Shown one piece after another: positions 39,773 to 49,733 of a stretch of DNA of 64,000 bases (its first letter is position 1; the number at the start of each line of letters is the position of its first letter). The DNA comes from an uncultured Armatimonadetes bacterium. GTDB taxonomy: Bacteria > Armatimonadota > Hebobacteria > Hebobacterales > Hebobacteraceae. The stretch covers positions 2,560,001 through 2,624,000 of the forward strand of contig OY970296.1 of assembly GCA_963716175.1 (NCBI GenBank). The letters are read 5' to 3'. The notes under the pieces were generated by a model. It was not told where the DNA came from. It made no database searches and was given only the letters and a program-made list of their open reading frames with translations. The position numbers and the translations under genes are program-made.

Positions 39773-40339
39773 ATGTCCGAGGGGAACGAATCGCCCGCGG
39801 GCAGCTTGCTCACCATAGGCAATGCTCTCACCGGCGCGCGGCTCATTCTGCTGCCGCTGGTGATCGTCGGCATCGCCACCCATCGCGGTCATCTTGCCGT
39901 GGTGGCGATGGCGGCGATCGTGGTCACTGATCTGCTGGATGGTCGCATCGCGCGGCGGCTGGGGCAGGCCAGTGAGTTCGGGAAGACCCTGGACAGCACG
40001 ATTGACTTCGTCCTGATCTACTCGCTGTTCATCGCCTTCTATGCCGCGGGGCGACTGGCAACGTTCCAGTTCGCCATTCTCTATCTGGCGATGCTGACCA
40101 TCTTGCTGCTCCAGTTGGTGGTGGCCGGTACCGGCCGGGGAGCGGCTCTCGGCCGCACCGCTCTCGGGAAGCTGACGGGCGCGCTCGAGTATGGGTACCT
40201 GCTGTTCCTGGTGGCGATGGAGGTGCTGCCAGGACGCCCGGTGCTGACCGCAGCCGGCATCGCCTTCTTCGTAGTCTTGGCGCTGGCCATTGTGCTCAAC
40301 AGCATCGAGTGTCTGGTGAAGCTGCGCCGCCTGACCTGA
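39773..40339 (+). CDS. CDP-alcohol phosphatidyltransferase family
   Basis: NALTGAR, DLLDGRIARR..SEFGKTLDSTID. Confidence 0.9.
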   Translation: MSEGNESPAGSLLTIGNALTGARLILLPLVIVGIATHRGHLAVVAMAAIVVTDLLDGRIARRLGQASEFGKTLDSTIDFVLIYSLFIAFYAAGRLATFQFAILYLAMLTILLLQLVVAGTGRGAALGRTALGKLTGALEYGYLLFLVAMEVLPGRPVLTAAGIAFFVVLALAIVLNSIECLVKLRRLT

Positions 40340-40380
40340 CCGTGCCCGGCAGGCAGGGAGGCAGCGCGTGATGCACGATA

Positions 40381-40923
40381 GTGCTTGACTGGGACGAAAC
40401 CGCCTTGCGCTGGATCAACGCGCACCACTACCCGCTGCTCGACGCGGTGCTGATCCCGGTCTCCTATCTGGGAGAGGCCGGCGCTATCTGGTTCGCCGTC
40501 TGCCTCGCGCTGCTGGTGTTCGGCAGGCGGGAGCAGAAGCTGACCGGCCTCACGCTGTTGCTGGCGATGGTGCTCCTGGACAGGCTCGTCGCCGGTCCTC
40601 TGGGGCAGGTCTTCCACCGCGAGCGGCCCTACCTGGCGCTCAGCGGCATCAGGCAGGTGGGCATCCGTTGGGGCGGGGGTTCCTTCCCGTCGGGTCACGC
40701 GCACAGCGTCTGGCTGGCCACCATCATCCTCAGCCATCGCTGGCGCAGGCTCACGCTGCCGCTGACCGCCTTCGCTCTTCTCACCTGTTACTCGCGCCCC
40801 TATCTTGGCATGCACTATCCACTGGACGTGATGGTGGGCGCGGCGCTCGGAATCGCCGCGGGGCTGGGCGTGGTCGGGCTGGAGAGGATCTGGCGCCGGC
40901 GGGCCGAGGTGCAGCCGCAATGA
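40381..40923 (+). CDS. PAP2 family membrane phosphatase
   Basis: RERP, SFPSGH, SRPYLGMHYPLDV. Confidence 0.92.
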   Translation: MLDWDETALRWINAHHYPLLDAVLIPVSYLGEAGAIWFAVCLALLVFGRREQKLTGLTLLLAMVLLDRLVAGPLGQVFHRERPYLALSGIRQVGIRWGGGSFPSGHAHSVWLATIILSHRWRRLTLPLTAFALLTCYSRPYLGMHYPLDVMVGAALGIAAGLGVVGLERIWRRRAEVQPQ

Positions 40924-40961
40924 GAGTTGACGCCGGCAGATCAGCGGGAGCGGAGGGGCGC

Positions 40962-42216
40962 ATGCGCCCTCGCCAGCTGCTGGCCATCAGCGCCTACTGG
41001 CTCGCGGTCAACCTGCATTGGGGAGCGCTGCTGGTGGTGATCATGCCCAGGCAGGTGGAGTTGATATGGCCGGCGCGACAGGCGCAGCTGCTGGGCGTAA
41101 TCTTCGGGGTGGGAGCGCTGGTGGCGCTGGTGACACCGCCGATCGTGGGCGCCTACAGCGATCGCTCTCTTTCTCCTTGGGGCCGGCGTCGGCCCTACAT
41201 GACGGCTGGGGTGGCCATCAACCTCCTGGGCCTGCTGATGATGTGGGCCGCCGGAGACCGGCTGAGCTTCTGGCTCTTCCTGCTCGCCTACCTGGTGGTG
41301 CAGCTCGGCAACAATGTCTCCACGGGATCGTACACCGGGGTGATCCCCGACCTGGTGCCGGAAGGGCAAGTGGGAGACGCCAGCGGATACATGGCGGCGA
41401 TGACCCAGCTCGGGACCGTCTTGGGGGGATTCTCCAGTGGCTACCTGATGGGCCACGGCTATGTTTCCGCCAGCTACCTCATCATCGGGGTGACCTTGCT
41501 CTTGGCCCTCGGAGTCACGCTGGTGGGAGTGCGAGAACGGCCGCTGGCCCAGGCACCCGCGGCGATAACCTGGATCGGGGTGCTGAAGAGCCTCTGGATT
41601 GACCCGCGCAGGCATCCGGATTTCGCCTGGGTGTGGGTGACGCGAGCGCTGGTGACGATGGGGATGTGGACAGTGCAGCCCTTCATCCAGCCCTACCTGC
41701 GAGACGTGGTGCATGTGAAGGACTATGTGCAACAGAGCGGCGTTCTGCTCGGCACTATCCTGATCGGGGCGACCGCGGCAGGACTGGTGGGCGGCCGGCT
41801 CTCCGACCGCATCGGACGTAAGCGGGTGGTGTACGTTGCCAACGGAGTGATTGCAGCGGCCTCCCTGGTCTTCCTGCTGAGCCACTCGCTCAGCTTCACC
41901 TTCGCGGTAGGGGTGATCTATGGTCTGGGCTTTGGCGCATACTACAGTGTGGACTGGGCGCTGGGCTGCGATGTGCTGCCCGCGAAGGCGGATGCCGCGA
42001 AAGACCTAGGGGTCTGGCACATCGCCATGGTGCTGCCCCAATCTGTGGCGCCCTTCATCGCGGGTGGGGTGCTCCAGAGATTCGCGCTGACCGGGCACAC
42101 CGCGCTGGCTGGCCAGGCCGCCTACTCGCTGGCCGGCTACAGCGTCATCTTCTCTTGCCGCCTTCTTCCTGGCGCTGGGCGCGGTGCTGCTGAGGAATGT
42201 GCGCGGGGTGCGATAG
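40962..42216 (+). CDS. MFS transporter (frameshift near 42150; repaired C-terminus ...RNVRGVR*)
   Basis: GAYSDR..WGRRRPY, GRLSDRIGRK, multiple TM segments. Confidence 0.88.
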
Positions 42217-42222
42217 GCCGCC

Positions 42223-42705
42223 CTACAGGCTGACGGCGGACGCGGCTGGCAGGACCTCTATTGCGTCACCCACCGCGATCGCCCCGCCCCTCAGGACGCG
42301 AGCGAAGACGCCTTCCTTGGGCATGACGCATTCGCCGACCTGCTCGAAGATGGCGCATCCGGCGTGGCATTCCTTGCCGACCTGCGTCACCTCCAGCTCG
42401 GCCTCGCCGATGATGATGCGGTCTCCTATCCGCAGATTCGGCACCTCCAGGGACTCGGTGGTGATATTCTCAGCGAACGCGCCCGGGCTTACGTCTACGC
42501 CCAGCGCCCGCATCCGCGCGATGCTCTCCATCGCCAGCAGGCTCACCTGGCGGTGCCACTTGCCGGCGTGAGCATCCCCGTCGATCCCCCAATCCTCCAC
42601 CAATCGCACCTTGGGCACATTGGCCTTTGGAGTTCCCGTGCGCTCGCTGACGGAGAGCGCGAGCACGCGACCGCGTGACCTGTTCATCTCATCCATGGCC
42701 TTCAC
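42223..42705 (-). CDS. MOSC domain protein
   Basis: GDAHAG.WHRQVSLL, PGAFAENI, QVGKECH..C, GVFARV. Confidence 0.9.
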   Translation of the reverse strand: MKAMDEMNRSRGRVLALSVSERTGTPKANVPKVRLVEDWGIDGDAHAGKWHRQVSLLAMESIARMRALGVDVSPGAFAENITTESLEVPNLRIGDRIIIGEAELEVTQVGKECHAGCAIFEQVGECVMPKEGVFARVLRGGAIAVGDAIEVLPAASAVSL

Positions 42706-43600
42706 CTCGCAGCATATGGAAGGCGTGAAGCAGGCCGGGGAAGAGCGCGTCCAGTGATTCGGCCGCCCCCTTCCGCGAGCCGGGCAGGTTGATGATCAGT
42801 GTGCTCCCCCGGAGGCCGGCCTTGCCCCGGGAGAGCATGGCATAGGGGGTGCGCGCCTGGCCGAAGGCGCGCGTCGCTTCCGGGATGCCCGGCACTTCTC
42901 TCTCGATCAGCTCGGCCATGGCCTCGGGCGTGCGATCGCGCGGTCCCAGGCCCGTCCCCCCGGTGGTGATCACCAGGTCGACGCGTGACTCGTCCGCATA
43001 TCGCAGCAGCGCCTCTCGGATCACGTCCACTTCATCCGGGATGATCCTGTAGTCCACGACCTCGAGACCCTCTTCCTTCAGCCGCGCCGCGATCAGTCGG
43101 CCCGAGTGGTCTTCCTTCTTCCCCTCGGCAATGGAATCGGACATCACGAGCACGGCTGCGCGCAGCGGAGTCTCGCGGCGGTCTGCGAAATCGGACTTCC
43201 CACCGGTCTTGCTCACCAGCCTCACGCCCACGATCTCCATGCTGTCGTCGAGCATCTTCACCATGTCGTAGATGGTCAGAGCCGCCACCGAGGCGGCGGT
43301 GAGCGCTTCCATCTCAACCCCGGTCCTGTAGATCGCCTTGGCAGTGCAGGTGATGACGATGCCCTCGTCTCTCAGCTCGAAGTCAACGCCCACGAAGTCC
43401 AGCGGCACAGGATGGCAGTAGGGGACGATCTCGCTGGTGCGCTTGGCCGCCTGGATGGCCGCCACCCTTGCCACCGCCAGGGGATCGCCCTTGGGAACGG
43501 CGCTGCTCCGAATCAGGTCAAGCGTCTTGGGACTGAGCCGCAGCTCCGCCTGGGCCACGGACGTCCGCAGCGTATTGGCCTTCCTCGATACATCGAGCAC
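42689..43600 (-). CDS. moaC: Fused MoaC-MoaB/MogA molybdenum cofactor biosynthesis protein
   Basis: KGD..AKRT..PYCHP, TGVEMEAL, YDMVK, KTGGKS; then TTGGTG..RDRTPEA, SRG, NLPGS. Confidence 0.93.
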   Translation of the reverse strand: MLDVSRKANTLRTSVAQAELRLSPKTLDLIRSSAVPKGDPLAVARVAAIQAAKRTSEIVPYCHPVPLDFVGVDFELRDEGIVITCTAKAIYRTGVEMEALTAASVAALTIYDMVKMLDDSMEIVGVRLVSKTGGKSDFADRRETPLRAAVLVMSDSIAEGKKEDHSGRLIAARLKEEGLEVVDYRIIPDEVDVIREALLRYADESRVDLVITTGGTGLGPRDRTPEAMAELIEREVPGIPEATRAFGQARTPYAMLSRGKAGLRGSTLIINLPGSRKGAAESLDALFPGLLHAFHMLRGEGHG

Positions 43601-43604
43601 TGCT

Positions 43605-44585
43605 TTAGCCCCCGATCTCGATCATGCTGCGGCTCTTGAGCCCGGCCAGCTCTCGCACCGGCGGATGCCGCGCGGGCTTCTCCGCCACCGCCGCCCGGAT
43701 AATATCCGCCAGCGCGGCATCGGAGGCTCCCTCCCGCAGGGGGCCGCGCAGGCTCGCCTCGTCCGGGCCGAAGAGGCAGGACCTGATCGCCCCATCGGCG
43801 GTTAGCCGAAGCCGGTTGCAGGTCTGGCAGAAATGAGCGGAAAGGGGAGTGATGAAGCCAATCGTCTCTGGCCTGCCGTCAACCCGGAATTCCTTCGCCG
43901 AGCTGCTGGAGCGGCTCGGGCAGGGAGTGAGCGAGTAGCGCTCTGCCAGCTTCTTCACCATCGCGGAGTGCGGGACGAACCCGGCGCGATCCCAGCCATT
44001 GCCGCGGAAGGGCATGTACTCGATGAAGCGGAGGTGAAGGAGGTTCGCCCTTGCGAACTCGACGAAGTCGCACAGCTCGTCGTCGTTCACACCTCCCATC
44101 ACCACCACGTTGAGCTTCAGGGGCGCGAAGCCCGCCGCCAGCGCGGCCTCGATCCCGGCCATCACCTGGTCGAAGCGATCCTCGCCCGCGATATCGCGGA
44201 ATCGTTCCTTCTTCAGCGTGTCCAGGCTCACATTGAGGGCGGTGAGGCCGGCCGCCTTGAGCGCGCGCGCCTTCCCCTTCAGCAAAGTCCCATTCGTGGT
44301 CATGCCGAGCGTTTCCAGGCCAGGGAGGGCAGCGAGGCGCGCCACCAGTCCTTCGATGCCTTTGCGAACCGTCGGCTCGCCCCCGGTGAGACGGATCTTG
44401 CGGATGCCCATCGCGACCAGGAGCCGCGCCACGCGGCAGATCTCCTCGTAGGAAAGTATCTCGTCGCGCTCTTTCCAGACGAAGTCCTGCGGTGCACAGT
44501 AGCGGCAGCGGAGATTGCACCTATCTGTGACCGAAACTCGCAGGTAGCTGTGTGACCTGCCGGAGCGATCGGCTAAGGCGCTCAT
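43605..44585 (-). CDS. moaA: GTP 3',8-cyclase
   Basis: YLRVSVTDRCNLRCRYC, LTGGEP, RFIEYMP, FCQTCNRLRLT, C-terminal IGG. Confidence 0.96.
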   Translation of the reverse strand: MSALADRSGRSHSYLRVSVTDRCNLRCRYCAPQDFVWKERDEILSYEEICRVARLLVAMGIRKIRLTGGEPTVRKGIEGLVARLAALPGLETLGMTTNGTLLKGKARALKAAGLTALNVSLDTLKKERFRDIAGEDRFDQVMAGIEAALAAGFAPLKLNVVVMGGVNDDELCDFVEFARANLLHLRFIEYMPFRGNGWDRAGFVPHSAMVKKLAERYSLTPCPSRSSSSAKEFRVDGRPETIGFITPLSAHFCQTCNRLRLTADGAIRSCLFGPDEASLRGPLREGASDAALADIIRAAVAEKPARHPPVRELAGLKSRSMIEIGG

Positions 44586-44697
44586 CGCTGTCTCTTCCGG
44601 TCTCCGCCCCCGGCCAAGCGTGGGCTCGCGTGATCCGTTGGCCCGACACTGGCTCCGAACCCCCGCTCCAGGCGATGAGCCAGGGCCGGGCAAGGCC

Positions 44698-45555
44698 TCA
44701 CTGCGCGTAGGCTTCCGTGCCCTTCACGTGCGCGTAGAAGTACGCCATCCCGACGAAGATGGCGCCGCCGACGATGTTCCCCAGAGTAGCGGCAATCAGG
44801 TTGCCCGTCCACATTGTCCCCCAGTTCAACGCAGCAAGCTGTCCGGGGGCTAGTCCCGAGGCGGCCCGCGCCGCCTCGAACCCTTTCGCCAGTATGCCCG
44901 CGGGGATGAAGTACATGTTCGCCACGCAGTGCTCGAACCCGGAGGCGACGAAAGCCATGATGGGGAAGAAGATGCCCAGCACCTTGCCCCCGATGTCCCG
45001 CGCTGCCATCGCCATCATGATGGCCAGGCAGACCAGCCAGTTGCAGCCGATGGCTCGGAAGAAGAAGGCCCAGTTGTGACTGAGGCCTGGGATAACCAGA
45101 CCTGTCTTGGCCGCCGCGATCTTGATCGCGGCCCCTCCGACCGGGCCCGCCAGCAGCCCGGAGCCGCTGGCGATGATCAAGGCCAACACTAGCGAGCCCA
45201 CCAGGTTGCCCAGGTACACCACCACCCAGTTGCGCAACAGACCTCCGAGGCCGATCCGGCCAGAGCAGAGCGCCACGGTCATGAGATTGTTGCCGGTGAA
45301 CAGCTCCGCTCCGGGGATCACCACCAGCATCAGGCCAACTGTGAAGGCCGCTCCCATCAGAAGCTGCCGCACGCCGATGTTGTCCCAGTCTCCACTGCCT
45401 ACGGTGGTCGCAAGATGGGCCCCAAATCCAATGTAGACGCCGGCCAGTATGCCCAGCAGGAACATCTTGCCCAGGGGCAGCGTCGCCTTGCCCTCGCCAA
45501 CCTGGATACAGGCCCTGGAGACCTCCTGCGGCGCCAGGAATCCGCTTGTTGCCAC
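44698..45555 (-). CDS. Formate/nitrite transporter (FocA/FdhC family)
   Basis: GAELFTGN, GNLVG, CNWLVCLA, FVASGFEHCVANM, GNIVGG; GTG start after AGGAGG. Confidence 0.93.
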   Translation of the reverse strand: MATSGFLAPQEVSRACIQVGEGKATLPLGKMFLLGILAGVYIGFGAHLATTVGSGDWDNIGVRQLLMGAAFTVGLMLVVIPGAELFTGNNLMTVALCSGRIGLGGLLRNWVVVYLGNLVGSLVLALIIASGSGLLAGPVGGAAIKIAAAKTGLVIPGLSHNWAFFFRAIGCNWLVCLAIMMAMAARDIGGKVLGIFFPIMAFVASGFEHCVANMYFIPAGILAKGFEAARAASGLAPGQLAALNWGTMWTGNLIAATLGNIVGGAIFVGMAYFYAHVKGTEAYAQ

Positions 45556-45813
45556 CAGCTCCCTCCTGTTGATGATGCCCGGACGAACCGCACGGCGGAC
45601 CACGCGCATGTGTGATTCTGCTCCATCCCACAATTCCCCTGTCGCTCTCCGGTCGGGCGAGCAGGGTTCTCCGGTGGGCGGGCGCGGTTGTCGTCGCGCT
45701 CCAGCCGGCTTTCGTCCGCCGATCACAGCTCTGCCAATGCCGGGAGGTTTTCTTGCAGTTAGGCAGCAATAGACCAAGGCCGACCGAAAATCCGGAATGG
45801 AGGCCTGAATGCG

Positions 45814-47256
45814 ATGAGCGACGGGCGCCTTGACATCTTCACCGATGCCGAGCTGGACCAGTTGGCCGAGGCCACACTCAGCGTGCTGGAGCGGGTAGGG
45901 GTCATGTACCAGTCCGAGGCCCTGCTCGCCGCACTGGCGAAGACCGGCGCCCACGTGGACCCGGCCACGCACCGTGCCCGCCTGCCCCGGAACATGATCG
46001 AGGCCATGGTGCGGCGGCTGCGAGAAGCCCAGGGCCGGCAGCATACCTCCACCTACCGGGAACCGGGCCCCGCCAATCCTGCCCTTCCCGGGATCACGCT
46101 CCAGATCGCCCATTTCTACTACGATCACGAGCGGGGCGAGCGCCGGCGCGGCAACCGGCAGGATCTGGTCCGCATGATCCAGTTCGGCGAGGCCCTGGAC
46201 TCGCGCAACTCGGTGGATCAGGTGCTGTTGATGCACGAAGAGCCGCCCCTGGTGGAGCCGCTGGAGGCGCTTTTGCTGCTGCTCGAAAACACCTCCCGAC
46301 CAGGTCACACCTACCCGCATTTCGCGGCCCAGTTCCCCTATCTGGAGGAGATCGGCGAGATCTGGTATGGAGACGCCAAGCACTTCCTGATCGGCGGCAT
46401 TTTCCTGGTCTCTCCCCTGCGCATGGATCAGCGCTCCTGCGATTACCTGATGGAAAGGGTGCGCCGCGGCCTGTCCTGCGGGACAAGCACCCAACCGGTG
46501 AGCGGCATCTCGGCCCCCGTCACCCGCGCCGGCACTGTCGTGGTGGGGGCGGCCGAGATCCTGGGCGGTTGGGCGGCCGCCAGGGCGCTCAACCCGGAGG
46601 TCGAGCTCTCGGGGAGCATCTGCTCTGGTTCGGTGGACATGCCCACCGGCAATGTCACTTTCTGTTCACCGGAGTCCATGGTCCAGGACATCGGTTGCGT
46701 CGAGCTGTTTCGCCGGCGCTTCGGCGGTCACGTGGGCGCCGCGGGCGGGGCCGACTACACCAGCGCCAAGTTCCCTGGGTACCAGGCCGGCTTCGAGAAA
46801 GCGTTCGAGGCCATGGCCATCTCCGCCTACATGGGGGAGCCGCCTCACCTGGGTGCGGGCCTGCTGGACCTGGGCAAGATGTTCTCCCCCCTGCAGCTCT
46901 TGATAGACCGCGAGTTCGAGAGCTTCCTGGGGCGTTTCGCCGCCGGGGCCCGGGTGGACGCGGAGCAGATTGCGCTGGAGGTGATCACTTCCGTCGGGTC
47001 AGGCATCGTGGGCTCCTACCTGGAGTCCGAGCACACCCTCCGCAACTACCGGCAGAACCTTTGGTTCCCGCGGCTGGTTGACCGCAGTGTCTGGACCAGC
47101 GAACGGCAGGAGGAGCATCCGGACGAGAAGCTGCTCCAGCGCGCCCAGGCCCAGTTCCAGGAGACGATGGCCCGCTACCAGCCGCCGGAGGTTGACCAGC
47201 ACAAGTTGGCCAAGGTCAAGGAGGTGGTGAGGCGGGCGCGCCGGGAACTGCTATAG
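45814..47256 (+). CDS. MttB-superfamily methyltransferase, pyrrolysine-free
   Basis: LSVLERVGV, SPL, PVTRAG..AEIL, DMPTG..SPE, SAKFPGYQAG, SPLQLLIDRE, YLESEHT. Confidence 0.85.
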   Translation: MSDGRLDIFTDAELDQLAEATLSVLERVGVMYQSEALLAALAKTGAHVDPATHRARLPRNMIEAMVRRLREAQGRQHTSTYREPGPANPALPGITLQIAHFYYDHERGERRRGNRQDLVRMIQFGEALDSRNSVDQVLLMHEEPPLVEPLEALLLLLENTSRPGHTYPHFAAQFPYLEEIGEIWYGDAKHFLIGGIFLVSPLRMDQRSCDYLMERVRRGLSCGTSTQPVSGISAPVTRAGTVVVGAAEILGGWAAARALNPEVELSGSICSGSVDMPTGNVTFCSPESMVQDIGCVELFRRRFGGHVGAAGGADYTSAKFPGYQAGFEKAFEAMAISAYMGEPPHLGAGLLDLGKMFSPLQLLIDREFESFLGRFAAGARVDAEQIALEVITSVGSGIVGSYLESEHTLRNYRQNLWFPRLVDRSVWTSERQEEHPDEKLLQRAQAQFQETMARYQPPEVDQHKLAKVKEVVRRARRELL

Positions 47257-47275
47257 CCCAGCTTGCATCGCAGCG

Positions 47276-47320
47276 CAGGCCCGCCCTGAGCGAAGCGAAT
47301 GGGGCCGCGACCTGCCCTAC
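47276..47320. repeat. Composite REP: a CCCTGAGCGAAGCGAA unit nested in a GTAG palindrome
   Basis: GCAGGCCCGCCCTGAGCGAAGCGAATGGGGCCGCGACCTGCCCTAC; inner unit recurs inverted at 55023-55046. Confidence 0.6.
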
Positions 47321-48547
47321 TCAGAGTAGGCGCGTGGACTCGCAGACCAGCCGCACCCGGTCCAGCGACGTGCCAGGGGTGAGCGGACTGCCTAAGGACA
47401 CGACGAAGTTGTCCCGCCCGGCGACTGCGATCTGACGCCGCACCTCGGCCAGCACCTCCTCATCGGAGGCCTGCTCCACGAGCATCGCGTCCATGTTGCC
47501 GAAGAGCACCCGATCGGGCCCCAGCGCTCGCCGCACCTCGGCCAGGTCAATGCCGTAGTTCTTCCGGTTCTCCTCGAAGCAGAGAGCGGTGAAGGGCAGC
47601 TCCTTGAGGCAGGGGAGAAACGGCATGAGATTGCCCGAGAAGTAGAGCACGGTGCGGAAGCCCAGCTCCTCGTAGCACTGAAGCGCTTGCCTGGTATACG
47701 GGAAAACGAACTCCTGGTACATCCTCGGGGAGAGGATGTCTGCGGAGGCCAGGCATTCCTCCACGAACATGATGGTGATACCTAGCTGCCGCTCGGCCGC
47801 CAGGCGAGCAGAGGGACGGGGAAGACGGTTCTCGAGGATGCGGTGCACCAGGTCGGGCGAGTCGCTCAGCGCGTACATCAGACCCTGGAATCCGAACAGG
47901 TCGGGCAGGCCGTTGTAGGGCGAGGTGCCGTTGGTGTAAAGGGCAAGGCCGTTCGGATAGTGGCGGGCCAAGCAGATGGCGAGCTCATATCCTTCTGACG
48001 CCGCGAGCTCGCGGGCCTGCTCCGGGGCCGGCTCAGGCACAGGCGTCAGGCGATGCATGGGCCGGGCGGCGGCGTCACGCACCTGCGAGGCGCTCTCGCT
48101 CCGATCCCACAGGTCGGACCAGGGCGTGGACTTCTCTGCCGCCGCCACGCTCTGCTCCGCCTCCCGGTTCGGGGGAATCCAGGACTCGTACCCATCCGCC
48201 GACAGCCAGAACAGCTCATCGCCCCGGCGCACCACGGCAGAGCCAGCAACGCTCGCCCGACTAGATAGGTAAGGCAGGGAGAGCCAGGCCGGCGGTGGAT
48301 AGGGGCCGTCCAGCATCTCGGTGTACAGCTCCCTCTCGATCTGGAAGTGCGTCTGATAGTCAACGGGGAGCAGGTCGGTGTTCGCCTGCGCCAATCGCGC
48401 CCGCCACTTGCGCCAGCGGGATTCCATGCGGTGGAACTGAAGCGGCCCCAGCATCTCGTAGACTGGGGCCACCGGGAGGTAAGGCGCAGGCTTCCCGGTG
48501 AGGACGCGGGTGATGGCATCGTCAGAGGCGAGGGGACCTGGCACCAT
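47321..48547 (-). CDS. UroD/MtaA superfamily protein (divergent); start uncertain
   Basis: SPRMYQEFVFPY, LFGNMD, EVRRQI, GSPLTPGT. Confidence 0.75.
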   Translation of the reverse strand: MVPGPLASDDAITRVLTGKPAPYLPVAPVYEMLGPLQFHRMESRWRKWRARLAQANTDLLPVDYQTHFQIERELYTEMLDGPYPPPAWLSLPYLSSRASVAGSAVVRRGDELFWLSADGYESWIPPNREAEQSVAAAEKSTPWSDLWDRSESASQVRDAAARPMHRLTPVPEPAPEQARELAASEGYELAICLARHYPNGLALYTNGTSPYNGLPDLFGFQGLMYALSDSPDLVHRILENRLPRPSARLAAERQLGITIMFVEECLASADILSPRMYQEFVFPYTRQALQCYEELGFRTVLYFSGNLMPFLPCLKELPFTALCFEENRKNYGIDLAEVRRALGPDRVLFGNMDAMLVEQASDEEVLAEVRRQIAVAGRDNFVVSLGSPLTPGTSLDRVRLVCESTRLL

Positions 48548-48564
48548 CGCTCCGGTTTCGCCGT

Positions 48565-49647
48565 TCACACCTGGATGGGATATGCGCCCCACCTCAGGGT
48601 GGCTTCGATCATGGCGCGGTAATTGGCGAGTGGGACATAGCTGGCGACGGAGTTGCTGCTGCCCACGCAGTAGCCGCCCCCGGGCCCGACCTCCCGAATG
48701 CGCTGCTTCACCTCGGCCTCGACTTGCTGCGGCGTGCCCAGGGTCAGGGTGTAGCCCAGGTCAATATTGCCGATGAGGGCGAGGTGCTGCCCCCAGCGCC
48801 GCTTCACTTCCACGATGTCCATGGCCTTGGGTTCGATGGGCTGCAGGGCCGAGATGCCGCACTCTACCAGGTCGGGGATCACCTCCCAGATCAGCCCATC
48901 GCAGTGGTAGATCAGAGGCAGGCCTCGACTCGCTGCCACCTCACCGTAGCGCTTGAACCATGGAAACAGCACACGTCGGTAGAACTCGGGCGACATGAAG
49001 AAGCCTTGGGCGTGCGCCAGATCGTCCGCCAGCCACAGCGCGGCCACTCCTGGCAGCGCGGCCGCCCGCTGGAACACCTGGAACAGGAAGCTGCCCACCC
49101 GCTCGATCACCCCCTCCACCAGGCCGGGATCATCGTAGAGCGCAAGGCACATGCCCTCGAAGCCCGTCAATTGGCGGCTGGTCTCGAGGATACCCCAGGT
49201 CCCGGTAGTCAGCCCCATCCCTTCCGGTAGCAGCTCGCGAGCGCGGGCTATGTGATCGTACTGCACCCGCCCGAGATCTGGCCACGGATATCGCTCCAGG
49301 TCTTGGCGGCTGGCAATCACTCCCCGATGCTCCTCCATCCATGCCTTCTCTACCGGGCCCGGCGAGTAGGCGCTGTAGGTGTCACGCGCCACGTGCCAGC
49401 CCTCCGGAAACAGGTGTAGGTACCAGGGCGCGAGGTGGATGTAGTCATAGCCGGCCGCGGCCCAGAACTCGACGTCGGCAGCGACGTCGTAGTCGTCGGT
49501 CCCCAGCAGCGAGTTCCCCACCGGCCGGCCCAGGAAGGCCTGCTTCACCGGCGGGTCCACCAGGAACTCGGAAAGCGGCACGCGATCCGGCTCTTGCCGC
49601 CGCAGTGCCGTCAGGAACCGGGCGATGTCGGGCTTGTCGTCAAGCAC
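48565..49647 (-). CDS. UroD/MtaA superfamily protein
   Basis: EPDRVP, YPWP, DDLA, YHCDG, GNID..GTP, GGGYCVGSSNS; GTG start after GGAGG. Confidence 0.87.
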   Translation of the reverse strand: MLDDKPDIARFLTALRRQEPDRVPLSEFLVDPPVKQAFLGRPVGNSLLGTDDYDVAADVEFWAAAGYDYIHLAPWYLHLFPEGWHVARDTYSAYSPGPVEKAWMEEHRGVIASRQDLERYPWPDLGRVQYDHIARARELLPEGMGLTTGTWGILETSRQLTGFEGMCLALYDDPGLVEGVIERVGSFLFQVFQRAAALPGVAALWLADDLAHAQGFFMSPEFYRRVLFPWFKRYGEVAASRGLPLIYHCDGLIWEVIPDLVECGISALQPIEPKAMDIVEVKRRWGQHLALIGNIDLGYTLTLGTPQQVEAEVKQRIREVGPGGGYCVGSSNSVASYVPLANYRAMIEATLRWGAYPIQV

Positions 49648-49733
49648 TGGCCCACCTCCCATGGACCATCCACACTTGGACCTCGCCCGCCCGAATCCCT
49701 GTAAGGGGACCAGAATCGTGGCCGGCCGCGGCC

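Noticed and set aside
44586-44697. Moco riboswitch expected upstream of moaA
   Set aside because: Only generic GC hairpins; conserved Moco motif elements not found
45814-47256. Possible pyrrolysine recoding in MttB
   Set aside because: The ORF is uninterrupted with no in-frame TAG, and no pyl genes are in the window
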